Below are positions 27,410 through 41,895 of a stretch of 64,000 bases of DNA, one piece after another (positions within the stretch are counted from its first letter, which is position 1; each line of letters begins with the position of its first letter). This stretch comes from the human T2T-CHM13v2.0 reference genome, Homo sapiens: the NCBI RefSeq assembly GCF_009914755.1, contig NC_060929.1. The stretch is one strand, 5' to 3'. The position numbers and the translations under genes are program-made. The notes beneath the pieces are model-generated. The model had not been told where the DNA came from and did no database searches. It saw nothing but the letters and a program-made list of their open reading frames with translations.

Positions 27410-29859
27410 GTGTTCAAGATTTAGCTCTTAAATAAATGAACTTTCTATGGAAGCCATCCCTCCCTGTGGGTTAGATATTTCTCCTACTTATTGCTGGCAC
27501 TAACTTCTATCATATCACCCACTTATCACATTTCATTGTAATAATCCCTGTATTTATTATTAGTATATATTATATATTAATATATGGTATAATATATATT
27601 ACATATGTTGTATATGTTATTATATATTATAATAACATTATATCTGGTGAAAGTGACAGAAAATCTGGTTCAAATAAGATCAAGCAAAATGGAAATCTTC
27701 TGACACTTCAGAAGGAGATCTAGCTTTGGGCATGTTTTGATTTAAAGACTCATATTGCATCACTAAGGCCAGTCTCTTTTCATCTCTTAACTGCCTTTCT
27801 TCACACTAGTGTCATCCTTAGACTTCATGTCATGGCAAGGCAGCTGCCAACAGATTCAAGCCTACATACTCCCAGGTCACTTGATACTCAAGTTTCAGCA
27901 AAATTCCCCAGGTTGCATTTCACTGGGTCAGGCCACACGCTTATCCCTGAAGCAATTAGTGGAAGCAAAGGATGCAACGCTCAGGCCTAGGTGGAATCCA
28001 TGCCTTGCCAGGAAGTCAGAGGCAGAGTCAGACACCTGAAACCCAAGTACTGAGGGAGGGAGAGAGGGATAGGAGGTGCTTTCCAGAGGAAAATTGAGAT
28101 CCAGGAGAAGGGAAATGGATGTTGGGTGGGAAATATCAAGTGTTCTTGATGCTTGTTTGTTGCTCTCATATGACTGTTAAGCTCCCAAGGACTAAACAAT
28201 CCACTTTCTTTATCTTCTGGACCTAGCAAGTTCACTAAATATAAAATAATAGGCACCAGTAAGTGTGTATTGAATGAATAAATGCAGTAGATGCGGCACC
28301 ATCAATGAAGCATGAGAAAGAGATTTCTGTTCCTGTTGCAACCAGGACAGAGTGGAGTTTCACTTGTCTCCAGAGTTAGAAAAAAGCCTGCAGCCTCACA
28401 GCCTGAGCCTGGCCTATAGAGGAAAATGGCCCTCTTCCCTAGCAAGTAACACACAGGCAGTTTTGGTGAGACTGTGCATATCAACTTTGTGATCAAATTC
28501 TATCTGGATGTGGAAGAGCAGTTGAAAATGAAGATATAAACAAATGAGGAAGGTGTGACAACAGAAACTGTCCTAAAATTTTCTGTTCTTTACTTCAGTC
28601 GGCAAGTGGGAATGACATCAGATAGGTTACAGAACCACCTAGTGGTGAAAGAGCATCTATGCTGGTATTATAGTATAGACTTGTGAGGTCTGTGTGTATA
28701 ATGAGCTTAATCTGCCATCCTGGGTGTGGGGGAATGTTGTGCCTCAGTCACTGAAGGGTCTAGGTGCCCTCCTTGGCTTCTGCCTCTTCTCCTACTTCTG
28801 GGAATGCTACTGAGAGCAGGGATTTGGGATAAAATGTGTCACCTATATTGGCTTTTCATCTCTACTTTGTTACAGGAGATGTTGGGGAAAAGAGATGTTG
28901 ACATGACAAAGGAGGCTGAAAACGTTAGTGAAAATCTCAGTCCAACATGTTCTTCTCACATCTATCAACTCCTACTTTCCTTAGAATCTGTGAGGGTGGG
29001 GAACACATGAGGGACTTCCAATTTCTACTTCAAATACTTTTGTACTGTAGGAATCAATTTACAATATGCATGCATTGCTTCTGTGATAACAAAAAAGAGG
29101 AACCATTTGAAACAAAGAAATGGATGTCACTTCCTCAGGAGCTTTCCCTGATATTTGAAGAGCAGAGTGCAGAAAACCTGCATTGATCTATCTACAAATC
29201 TCCCACATGCATTTTTGAGGTGTACAGCTGGCATTACAAGCATAGACAGTGGCTTTGGCACTAAATGGTGCTAACTTTTTCAGATGGGAAGTTGATCCGT
29301 GGACCTTGTTAGCCTGGGAACTCTGATCTTCCCCCAGAGAGTCTTGCTTTGGGCAGTACAATACTACAGGCCCTTGCCCTTGCCCCTCATTCTCAAGGGA
29401 GGTGGCTTGCTGCAGTATTCGAAGGAAATGAGGCTGGCAGATGAAGATGACTTGGTACTTCATTCATAAGACGGTAGTCACAATTCAAAATGCAGTCGGT
29501 GGCCTAGAAGTGCAGCTCTTTATGATGTTCTACATAAAGAGTTCCAAAGGCTTTAGATCATAATACATACAGCAGAATTACTGATAATTAAGTACACAAT
29601 ATTTAGAAATGTATCATTCCCCAAAGCTGTATTTTGAGGAGGGTAATTTGTGACCTGATGGTTTGGAGAGGGAGAGACACCAGCTTCCAAAATACCAATT
29701 AGGAGAGTGTTGTAATAATACAGGGGCAATAACGATGACAATTGCCATGGCAGGGAAAAAAGCGTTTCTTTGCCAGCACTGAATCCTCATTGTGCCCATT
29801 ACAGTGCCCAGCATAGTGTAGACCACTGATAAGCATTGATTGAATAAACATTTACATAA

Positions 29860-30420
29860 CCTGGATGATTAACCATAGTACTGTAGAGGATGAAGGCATG
29901 GGTGAGACTTGAAAGAATACAGAAGACTTGCCTAGTTCAGAGATGTAAGAAGCTATGGGGAGAGAAAATCAAATGATGACTCTGCATTCTTGTTGGTTAG
30001 TGGAATGGATGTGAGAAAGAGATGGAAAGGGAGAGAGGGAAAGGGAGAAGAAGAGAGAAGTCAAAAGGGCAACAGGAGATAGGAAGGAGAGAGAGAGAGA
30101 GAGAGCAACCCACTGAGAGAGAGAGAGAGAGCACGCAATGTGAAGGGACAGACTTTCAGGGTAGAAGAGGGAGGAAGAGAGGAGTTCCACTGTGCATAAC
30201 TTGACTTTGAGTTGCCAGTGGGGTATCTTAAAGAAATGTCTAGCAGGCAATTGATAATAGGTATTTGAGCATGAGTGTAGTGTTGGTGTTTGGGATATAA
30301 ACTAGATAGATCTAACATGGAGGCAAAAGTTGAATCTGTAAAAGCAAACAAACTGTCTTGGAGGGCAAGATGTAAAGAGAAAAAACAGGGCTCAGAATTG
30401 AGTTCTTAGAAACACTCACT
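29860..30420. mobile_element. L2 fragment with internal (GA)n tract
   Basis: GACTTTGAGTTGCCAGTGGGGTATCTTAAAGAAATGTCTAGCAGGCAATTGATAATAGG resembles L2. Confidence 0.5.
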
Positions 30421-32066
30421 ACTTCAAAATGTATTGGGAACGCTGGATAAACTTGAAGGTGACAAGTTTCTGCAGTTGCCAGTTGGACTCTTCTTTACCA
30501 AAAGCTAGGTAAAATTACTTGATATTTTGAATGTAGACTATATAGAGAGTTATTCAAAGCCAGGTATAAAGTGGAAAATCCTGAGGTACACAGAAGAAAT
30601 AAAATATTCCCAACTCTTATTTGTGCTTTGTTTTAAAATTCTCAAAAGCAACTCCAGGTTCTTCAGTTAAAAAGTTTACAGCTAAAGTTTGCTGTCGTTT
30701 TAGTCCGTTGGAGTATCCTTTTTCCCTTCTATTTTTGCTTTTGTCTCCACTTTGTAAAGAGGTTGCTGAAACCTGTGCATCGAATTCTTTACAAAGCAAC
30801 CCAGCCACTAAGGGACAATCAAAAAGGAAGCACAGTGCATTTATAACAACTTTGCTGGGAATTGGTGGGAGGGGAACCCAAAAGGAGTGCTGTCTAGATC
30901 AATGACCCCAGAGCACTGGGATAAGTTAATTGGCAAACCATGAAGGAACATAATGGGAGAACCAAGAGGGGCTTAAGCAACCTTTTTAGGATTAAAGGAT
31001 AATACCTTTGGCAGTAACCATTTTTCACTTCCTTTCTTCCCAGTGGCCCTCTTCTGGTAAGTTAACAAAAACAGTACTTTCCCAGGTGTAGTCAGACATC
31101 TAGAAATAAGAAACTGCCTGGATGAGGTAGCTGCTGAGCACAATTACTGTCTTGGGTAGTGCTGAGGCACCAAAAGGTTGCTGGAGGGCATGTTGAAATA
31201 AACATACATCACTTTTACTGATGCAAGAGGAAACAATTTCTCTACCAGGGGTGTGTATATGTGTGTGTGTATGTGAGAATGTGCGTTACCAGCATCAATT
31301 TGGATAGGTAAATGGAAACGTGATTACTCCACAATGATGCAAGTATGATGGAAACAATGCACTTTTCACCAAGTAGATATCACATGGAAGCAGGACCCAG
31401 GTGTTTCCTTTCTGAAGGAAACTCCCAACAACACTGAACAACACTAAATCCAATGTCAACAATGAAATGCATTGACAGAAAAGTCCAGTGATTCTTAAAT
31501 CAGATTCTTAAAGGCTTATAACACTGTAAATTCAGCTCATAAAACTGAAAAGGGGAGAAATTAAAAAGTAATCATTTTAATTATCATGTTTGTGTTACAT
31601 TTAGCCAACCGCTACAATAATATCATTTGGCATGTTCTACTGTAATTAATCCAGTAAGTGTACAAAGTAAACAGATTAGAACTATTTATAGCTCTGAAGC
31701 TCAAGTGGAAATGAGATATTGCCCAAGTACAATTACAATAAATATAGGGCTTGTTGACACTCCTTCAAATTATGCTGTTAGGACTTTTAACCCCCCATGT
31801 TGTTCTTTAACTGTATCAGCCTTCAGAAAACAAAGAAAATTCCAACAGTGGCTCTCGTCAGACTTATTATCAGATGTACACATCAAAGTGAGTAACCAGG
31901 TCCTTGTTTTATTTGAGCCAAATTAGGTAAATCTCATTAAAGATATGCTAACTAACATATGAACACCAGTGCAGTTTTAAAAGAAATCTCTGCAATGAGG
32001 TACAAAGAACACATGATTTTATGAGTCAGTCTCACAGAATAAAAGTTATGGTCAAGATTCGTATCA

Positions 32067-32116
32067 TTTACTGCCATAGATGCCTTTAGACCTTTACTGC
32101 CATAGATGCCTTTAGA
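32067..32116 (+). repeat. 24-bp direct duplication with 2-bp spacer
   Basis: TTTACTGCCATAGATGCCTTTAGA at 32067-32090 and 32093-32116. Confidence 0.95.
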
Positions 32117-32692
32117 TAATAATGAATTATATATAAATGAAAGGAAATATATATCTGGCACAAAAGATAAAAAAATCTATATTGAGAGGACCATTTTTTA
32201 AAAGGTAATATCCCTCACTTAGTAAAAACAAATGAAAATTGCTCACAAGACAGCTGGTCAACTATTTAGGTATAATACGTGCAAATTAGGTCCAAAGTAA
32301 TTATATTCACAATTGTAAGAAAAAAAATGGTCTCTCGTGATATTGCTGCTACAAGTATTGCTGAGACCACTACTGTCCGTAATAATAAATAGCACCTACT
32401 ATCTATTGCACACTTTTAGTTTACAAGGCACCATATTAAGTACTTGGCATTCTTTCCCTCAGTTAATCCCACAAAGGCTCATGAAGGAGGTGCAGTAGTT
32501 ATCCCTGTGCTGAGATGAGAAAACTGAGACTAAGTGAGGACAATTCCTTTATGATTCTAGTACAGAAGCTGGCTTTTGAGCTCTGGTTGATCAGATTACA
32601 AAGCCTGTGCTCTTAAACACCATATTGTCTCCTGACAATTTCAAATGAAGAGTCTGAGTGAGGACTTTTGAATGCAGATGAAATAGTCTGCT

Positions 32693-32830
32693 CTTTTTAA
32701 TTTTATTTTTTGTAGAGACAGGGTCTCATTATGTTGCCAGGGCTGGTTTTGAACTCTGAGCTCAAGCAATTCTCCTGCCTCAGCCTTCCAAAGTGCTGGG
32801 ATTACAGCTGTGGCCCACTGTGCCCGGCTG
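32693..32830 (-). mobile_element. Free left Alu monomer (FLAM-like)
   Basis: TTTTTTGTAGAGACAGGGTCTC...CAAAGTGCTGGGATTACAG...GTGCCCGGC; single arm only. Confidence 0.85.
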
Positions 32831-34964
32831 GAAATGGCCTACTCTTTGTCTGGTTTGAGTGAAGCCAAGAAAATCCACCTTCTGTTGCTTACAGAAGAGG
32901 CCACAGTTTTGCCTCAGTATATTGGGCTTAGGCTCTGGTTTTACCCCAACCACAGGTTAATGTAAACAGCTCATGAATATATATCTGTTTATTATCTACA
33001 AAAGAATGTCCTGCATGTGTGTAGTCATTTCACATAAATGGTCTCTTTTGATCCTCTCCTTGGTGAAGTGGGCAGAGGAAGCATTTTTATCCCCATTTTA
33101 CAGGAAGTAGAAAACTTACTTTATTCAATGCTGTATGATGGATTGAGGGCAGAGCTAGAAGTAGAATCTATTTTTCCCTCTTCTCCCAACCATTTTGCAC
33201 ACCAGCTTAGCTCTTCTATGTGAGGGAAAGCAAAACAACTACAGTAGCCCAAAAGATTTTCCAGTCACCCTCCAAATGAAGTGAATAACATCTGGCTTCA
33301 TGTTCTCATGTTATCTGTAATTTAAAACTAGAGGCAGCTATCTCTAGTTAATTTCAAAACTGAACCCAAGTTCACTAATCCAACCCTGAGAGACAGCTCT
33401 ACTTCTCATTTGTTGTCCCAAAAGCCCTTTGGGGAAAAATAAAAATTGTAATTCATCAGTTCAGTGCTGTGTATGTAATTTATTTATTTTTTCTAGTTTG
33501 CCCTTAGGATAAAAAATAAATTATAAGGCAACATGAATTCCATTCAAATGTGTCAAATTATGGCTATACTCTTTGTTAGTTAGCTATGTAATCATAGGGC
33601 AAACACTTTGCATCTTTAAAATAACCTAAAACTATAATAATAACATCTATTTCACTGGCTTGTTGTAATATTTAAATGAGATATGCATGGGGGACATCTG
33701 TCAGGGTGCCTGGCACGAGGCATATGACAAGTACGTTTTAGTTGCTGCTGCTGCTGATGTCACTCTGCAATGCATTCTTAAATGCATATTCAAAGCTATG
33801 TACCCAAATAGTGATTATGCTTTTGTCCATTTATCTTAATGTTGAAGTTAATCAGATTTGTCAACTAATCCAATATACCATTCAACTGGGAATTAATATT
33901 GATTAATTTGCATCTCTCTTAATAAAGGATGTAAGGTGTCAGAGCTGTGAAGACAGTCCTTGCCCTGGATGAATTCACTTAGGCTTTCTCTTTACTTTCT
34001 CAAGTAATTATTAGGATTTCACTAAGTTGTGAGCTCCTTAAGGGCAGAGCTAATTGTTTTTATCTGTATTCTTCCATAGAATCTATCATATAGTAGCCAC
34101 TCAGTAAACATTTGTCGAACATTGATTTGATGCCAGAAAACTAAAAGCTATTCATCCATTAAAATAATTTATATAAGCTTTGAGATTTCCAGTATATCTG
34201 GTCAACAAGAGCACCTCTAATTCTCTGGGATCTGAATTATATTCTCAGGCACGGACTCCTTTATTTTATTCTGAGCAGAGCTTATAACACAAAAGAAAGA
34301 GGGAGAGAAAAGGAGAAAAAATAAGCAGAGAAAGAAAAGAGAGAAATAAGGAGTGACCGTATAGAAGAGAGAACAGAGAATTAATAATTTTCACTTTTGT
34401 CTTTCACCAAATATCCTTCAGTAGTTTTTAGTATGACTATTTATAACTTTTACAGCTACAAGTAAAAAAGCTGTTGGTTTTTGTATTAAAATATTTCAAT
34501 TAAAATGGTAGGACAACTTGGACCTGATTTGTCATTGCAGCTATTATCCATGGTTTGGAGATTCCCGGAAGTCTTATAGTAGCAGAGTAGAAGGGAAAGA
34601 GCATGAGGCTTTGAAATCAGACAGATGTGGTCCTACAGCAATCTGTATTACCTTGTCCAATTGAATTAACCTCTTAGAGCTTCAATTTATTTATCATTAA
34701 AATAAGACAATATTAATTCTCTTCTGAAAATTGTATCAAGATCCAGAGCACAAGCTCTGGAGTAAGGCTCAAATGATGGTTCCAACGTTTACCCACAGGG
34801 TAACTGTGTGAACTTCATTTTCCTTATGAATGAAAATAAATATTAACGATATTTACCTCATCAGGTAGGGAGGAGACAAATTAGAGAACCAGAAATAACT
34901 CCATTCTACACATTAGTAGACCTGCATTATAAAAAATTATACTAAATTACTATATTTTTAATTT

Positions 34965-35143
34965 TTTCAATAAAAATTTTGTGGAAATTTGTTCTTTCTT
35001 ATATATAATATGCATTTTACATCTATAACACCTATTTTACATGTATAGATATTATACATAATATCCTTGATTTTGCCTCTTGGCCAGTAAAGCCTAAAAT
35101 ATTTATTATCTAGCCTGATACAGAAAAAGTTTGCTGACCCCTG
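34965..35143. mobile_element. MER58-like fragment
   Basis: AAAGCCTAAAATATTTATTATCTAGCC...CAGAAAAAGTTTGCTGACCCCTG terminus. Confidence 0.65.
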
Positions 35144-35503
35144 GTTTAGGATATAGGGAGTCACACTGTCCTGAGATACTACTTCTTCTAAGTCATGTAT
35201 CTTTTCCATTAATAAAGCAGATACCATTAAGGTAAAAGCAGAGAGACTGAGGCTAGAGGAGGAAGAAAAATACAGACAATTTTTTAAAGAGATAAAGGAG
35301 AGAAAAGCTTTCCTTAAAGGAGAGAAAAGGTTTCATTTTTTCAGGACTAACCTAGAAAAATGCTTTATGGTTAGCTTAACAGTACCTATCCTGGAGAGAC
35401 CATAAAATAAATGGTGCTGGAACAATTGGCTATGCATTATGGGGGAAAACACCAGAAATTGATTTCTTCTCCATATAACAAGGGGCTAAAAAGTTTTAAA
35501 TGT

Positions 35504-35579
35504 GAAAAGCAAAACTTTAAAATCTTTAGAAGAACTATTGAGAAAAGCAAAACTTTAAAATCTTTAGAAGAACTATTGA
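35504..35579 (+). repeat. Perfect 38-bp tandem duplication inside an ancient L1 fragment (~35400-36170)
   Basis: GAAAAGCAAAACTTTAAAATCTTTAGAAGAACTATTGA x2. Confidence 0.95.
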
Positions 35580-36561
35580 GACTGCTTTTATGACTATGGG
35601 ATAAGGCAAAAAGACACAAACCCATACAAATGTAACACTTCAACCCTATGTAGATACCCAAAGAAACCCTTGCACACACGGTAGATACACTGCTTACAGA
35701 CCATTGTTTGTAAAAGCAAGACTGGAGACAAACATAATGTCTATTAGCAGAAAAATGGATCAATGCGTGATGATATACTCATGGTATAATACAGACCAGT
35801 AAACAGAGCGTCACCAAGTACTCACATAACTGAACTGCAGAAACTTAGGAGTAAAAAAAGCAAGTTACAGAAGAAAAGCACAGCATTGTATCATTTATAT
35901 AAAAGTCAAAAACATGCCAAGTAATACTACAATTTTTAAGAATAGATACATACCTAGTAAAAATATAAAGAAATGCTCAAAATGATAAACTAGTAATCTC
36001 TGAGGGGAAGATATGGGATGTAATTAAAGAATATGCAGGGTGTTATAGATAGATTTAATATTGTTTTCACATTTCACTCTAAATGCAAGGGACATGCTAT
36101 TATACTTTTTATCTTATTGCATATATTACATCTTATGATAAATATAAAAATCAAATCTATTAATAAACAACATAAAGTCTCCCTCTCCTTTATAAGCATT
36201 GCCTTTGGAGAGTCATACTAGTTTTTCCTGGACTTTCCATGTTGCTGAAATGAACACAATTGCTTTCTTCAAGAGTAGTGCAGCTTTCAATTTCTCAAAG
36301 ATGTATTAGTTATTGAACTAAGGAAATGGTTACTGGACTTTTTGTGAAGAGTCACGTTACACCCCAGGAGGCTAGTGCTAATAGAGATGAACGTCCTTGG
36401 TACTTTAGAGTGAATCAGGTACCTACAAGATTGAGAGAGGCACTGATGAACCAAAAAGAAAAAAAAATTAATCTAATGGTAGAATATCAAACTCTGAACT
36501 ATGGGTGATATGCCTGGGTAATAGCTATATTTTTCAATGCAATTAGACTGGAAGGACAACA

Positions 36562-36846
36562 TTTTATTTGTTTATTGATTGAGCCAGGGTCTCCCTCTGT
36601 CGCCCAGGCTGGAGTACAGTGTGATTATGGCTCACTGCAGTCTCAACCTCTTATGCTCAAGTGATCCTCCCACCTCAGCTTCCCAAGTAGCTGGGTCTAT
36701 AGGTGTACACCACCATGCCTGACTAATATTTTTATTTTTGTAGAGACAGGGTCTTACTATATTACAGGCTGGTCTCGAACTCCTGGGCTGAAGCACATGG
36801 CCTCTCAAATTGCTGGGATAACAGGTGTGAATCATTACACCCAGCC
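36562..36846 (-). mobile_element. AluJ
   Basis: CAGGGTCTCCCTCTGTCGCCCAGGCTGGAGTACAGT...GCTCAAGTGATCCTCCCACC; degenerate TSD AAGGACAA. Confidence 0.9.
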
Positions 36847-37372
36847 AAGGACAAAATATTTAAAAGTCAAAATTACATTAAGCGTCATTGTAGCAAAATT
36901 ACATTTTCTTTCTAAGGTATAGTTAAAACTTCTTCCAATCAAGAAGTTTGAAAACAGCATCTATAAATTCATTAATTCTCTCATTTAGTAAAATATTTGT
37001 CCCAGGTGGCAAGTGTGTGTGTACACACATGCACACACACACACAAATATGTAAAGTTCTTTTTGTTTTACAAAGATGGTATACTATATATACTTCCTGA
37101 TAAAATTAAAATATATTCAGGGAAAACTTTACCATGTCAGTATTTATTCTCTTTTTAATATGGCTAAAATCTTATCACCATCTCAGAAATTGTAGAATTT
37201 CAGAATTGAAATGCTTTAAAGAATCTAATACAATTTCTTCATTTTATATAGAGAAAATTAAGGCACAAAAATTACTTATTCAAAATCTTACCAAGTTTTT
37301 TACCCATAACAGGGTGAGCACTAAGATATATATTTACCACTGTCAGTTCAAAAGTATGCAAGAAATGTGTCA

Positions 37373-37700
<328 letters not shown>

Positions 37701-40337
37701 AAAGATGTGAGGTCACCTTTACACACTCATGATTAGATACATGAAACATGCATTTTCCTGATCTGGACTATACAATTAAAGAAAGACATGAAGAATTCGG
37801 AAGGGATTTAGAGATTAATCCAAAGGCAATTAGAAAAAGAAAATAAGTTATGGGGCGGAAAAAAAACAAAAAACAAAACATCGAAGTAGAGAATATTAAG
37901 CTTGCTAAGGAGGAAGCCAAAAGCAGGGCTTTGTTCATGGTGGGCAGTTAATGGCTTGGAACTTCATTGGGAAAACTCATAGAACAAGGGTGGAAAACAT
38001 TTTCCAAGTTCCTAAACCAGGAAAATCTCAAGCAGGGGACTTATTTCTCCCCCTATACTTGCAAATATATATTTGATATTATTTTTCCCATCACTTGAAG
38101 ATGAAATATTCTTTTACTTTTTTTGACCAAAAACTGAGAATAGACAAAACTTTGAAAGGCACAACAAATGCTACAAATACATCTTATTTCTAGATTAGAG
38201 TCAATTAAAGATCAAAGGGAAGGAAGAGATATAAACAGAAGGGTGAGACATCAAAAGGATAGAGACAGAGGTAGGGATAGAAGCCATACCCTAGGCATTA
38301 GCTATAGTGTTCTTCTTTAAAATCCTGATAAACTGCTTGCTTTTTACAGCTCTCTAACTGTTCAAATTCATAGGCTCTATTCTGATCAGAATAGCTTAAT
38401 TGTCGATGTGTATAAAATGATTTTTGGAGCAGTGTCAGCAAATAGAGCACTATCAGCCTGGGAATGGGCCTGGGGAAATTGGGGGGTGTGCATGGGAGGG
38501 GAGGCAGATGAAATGAAGCCTGTTAGGATGGTAGTGAATGAATACTCTCTTCCAGATCTTGACTAGGGACAACAGGTTCCCTGCTTTAGTCTCAGAGGAT
38601 GGTGACATGACCCCATCTCCAATAAAGAGAAAAGAACCAAGCTCCAATTGCAACGTGAGAAATTTAAATTTGTGATTAAGAAACATTTCCCAACACTAGG
38701 ACTATAATGGATTTTTGAGAGGTTTTCCAGACATGTTAAATTAATATCAGCAAGAATTGGCTTATGTTATGTGAATATTTAAAAACTGCTTTAGAATTGA
38801 GTTTGAGAATTGATTTAAAGCATTCACATATCTTTCTGCTGATTTTTAGTAGTTACTGTTTTTATACCATGTACATAGGCTTTATTTTGATACACTAAGC
38901 TTTTAAAATCAATGTTTACGTAATATAGTATAAATATTAAAACAAATTCTCCAGCACATCTTAGCACAATCTCTCCCAACATTTCTTCTGCTGGTTCTTG
39001 TAAGGCCCCAGATTCCTCTCTAGCGCCTTCAATCCAGTCTTGACTTTCACACTGTCACCTCAGCTCCCATTCTGCCTGTAGCTGACTCCTGGTTAAGACA
39101 GAGCCTCCATGGTTTGTTCATAAATGATTCTCTCTTATTTTATGATATGAATAAAAACAGATAGTCAGTGTGACTCATGTCAAATATTAAATTCTAACTT
39201 TGGTTCAAAGTAGATAGATCATCAATGTAACCATGTCTAAACACCCTTCACCTCATTGGAGATGCCGTTTAATCTTTTATTCAAAGCACAGAAATGATTG
39301 GCTCTATTATAGAAAATGTCAAAACCAAGTTATCTCATCAGAAGACTGTGATCTAAACAAGGGTCAGAACAGAACATGATCTAAAGAGAAGATACAAATT
39401 GAGCCTGGGTTAAGTATGACTTTGTGACAGACCCAGACATGTGAGGAGTACCTAAATAAGCATTTTGGCCAAGGGATGTTGTTCAATACAACTGCTCATG
39501 TAGTGAGTAAAATGTACCACATTTAAAATATACAAAAATAGTTTTTAAAAATGTATTAGAAATCAAGCCTATCTATAGGCCACAGAACATTACGAATAGA
39601 ATACCCAATTGAATGCCCTCAAAACAACCACATCCAAACAAAAAACAACAAAAAAGGCAGCATTTTAAATCATTTGACTAAGAAATTCAACCTTAAAGCT
39701 CAATACAAATTTATATAACAAACTCATTTATGCAGATGTCTGAATTTGGGGTGTTGCTTTTAGTTTTCTTACTGTGGTAAAACTTAACGCTTAGGAATTT
39801 AAATAGGAACAAATTGGGCAATAAGGCCTAACCTGAGCAAAGCCACTGTCAGATCATGCTATACATTTCACTGTATCGTTAGCATTGAGTATTGATACAA
39901 TTCAAACACAATTAGTCAAATATTAGGGGCAGCATGAAATGACTAAATCCAATGGGCATACAGACACACTCAGGAAATTTAAAATGGGATTATTTCCGAA
40001 TTTCTTAGAAAGCTATGTAAAGACAGTGACCTAGAAATTACACTGTCAGAATGACTCTTCTAAATAGGAAGAAAAAAAAAGGCGGCTCCCTTTGGATAAA
40101 GTCTTCTCTTCTAATGTGGGAATAATTTTAGGTAGGGGGTACTTATCATCTGTTTGAAAATATTCATATTCCGCTATTACAGAGTAGTAGAAAACCATTG
40201 AGATACTTGAAAACCAAAGAGCAATGCCTTGTACAAACATGGATGTGATTTTCATGCTTCAACAACTAACAGAAAACTATACTCACACTAAAAAACACTT
40301 AGGAAATAAAAACATTGACATTTTAAGAATTTAAATT

Positions 40338-40667
<330 letters not shown>

Positions 40668-40949
40668 TTAAATTGAGTTTACAATAATGATCAACCCAAG
40701 CACAATGAACAGCAAATGTGACACTCTAGTTATAAAAATGCCAACAGCAAAGCTGCACGACTTAGTTTTTAGAAAAAGTACAAAGACATCAATTGTCCAA
40801 CAATAGGGGATTAAGTAAATTAAACTCTGCTCATTTAATAAAATGATATCCAGCCATTAAAAACAATGAAGTAAATCTCGATGTTCAGCATATATAATAA
40901 TCCCCATAATGGAATGCTAAGTTTAAAAACAAGAGACTTTGAAAACATT

Positions 40950-41275
40950 ATGTAAACTCAAAGGTGCCAGAAACAAAAGGCCACATAGTGCATGCTTCCA
41001 TTTCTATGAGATGTCCAGAATAAGCAGATCCAGAGACAGAAAAAAGATTAGTAGTCGCCAGGGTATGAAGGGGAAAATTGAGAGATAAAGGGAATTTTTG
41101 CGGGCAGTGGGGGGTGATAGAAATATTCTGAAAATAGTGGTGGGTGATGATTGTACAACATTGTGAATATGCTAAAAAACATTGAATTGTACACTTTAAA
41201 ATGGTTAAAATGGTAAATTTTGTTATATGTTATATATATTTTATTGAATTTCAATTCAATAAAAACAAACTTAAA
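40950..41275 (+). mobile_element. L1M 3'-end fragment
   Basis: GAGATGTCCAGAATAAGCAGATCCAGAGACAG...ATTGAATTGTACACTTTAAAATGGT...CAATAAAA. Confidence 0.75.
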
Positions 41276-41564
41276 AGGTAAGTGCATGTATGTATTAATG
41301 TGTACACAAGTCACTAGGAAGAATTGGGTACCTGTGTGTATAGTCTGATAAAATGTATGCTAATCTATTTAAAGGCAGTTATGTGGGGAATGAAATTTGG
41401 GGATAGAGGGGCAATTTCACTTGTTCAGTATTAATATTCTTCTGGGAAAAGGTACTATATATATTTTTGTCTTTATTAAAATCTATCCTAAAACCCTTCT
41501 CTTGAACTCTAGAAACATAGATGTTCTGGTGGTTGCTCTGCCTCCCATTCCCCTTTCCATGTTT

Positions 41565-41895
41565 TTTAAAAAGTTTATTAACATATAATTTACATACCAC
41601 AAAATCCACCTATTTTAGTATACACTTAAAATTTAGTTAGTAAACATACAGTTGTGCAGCCATCACCACTCAAAAAGTTCCCTCCTGCCTCATTTGCCGT
41701 CAGTCTCCACTACCACCTCCTGGTAACTATTTATCTGCTTTGTCTTTATAGATTGGCCTTTTCTAGATATTCATATAAATGGAATCATATGATATGTGGC
41801 CTTTTGTATTTGGCTTTTTCTTTTACTTGGCATATTTCTGAGGGTCATCCATTTTGAAATAGATTATCAATAATCTGCTTTTTATTGCTGTGTGA
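41565..41895 (-). mobile_element. L1M 3'-end fragment, reverse
   Basis: ATATAATTTACATACCACAAAATCCACC...ATTCATATAAATGGAATCATA. Confidence 0.7.

Noticed and set aside
27555-27645. AT-rich quasi-palindrome (ATGTTATTATA-TAT-TATAATAACAT)
   Set aside because: Expected by chance in TA low-complexity sequence
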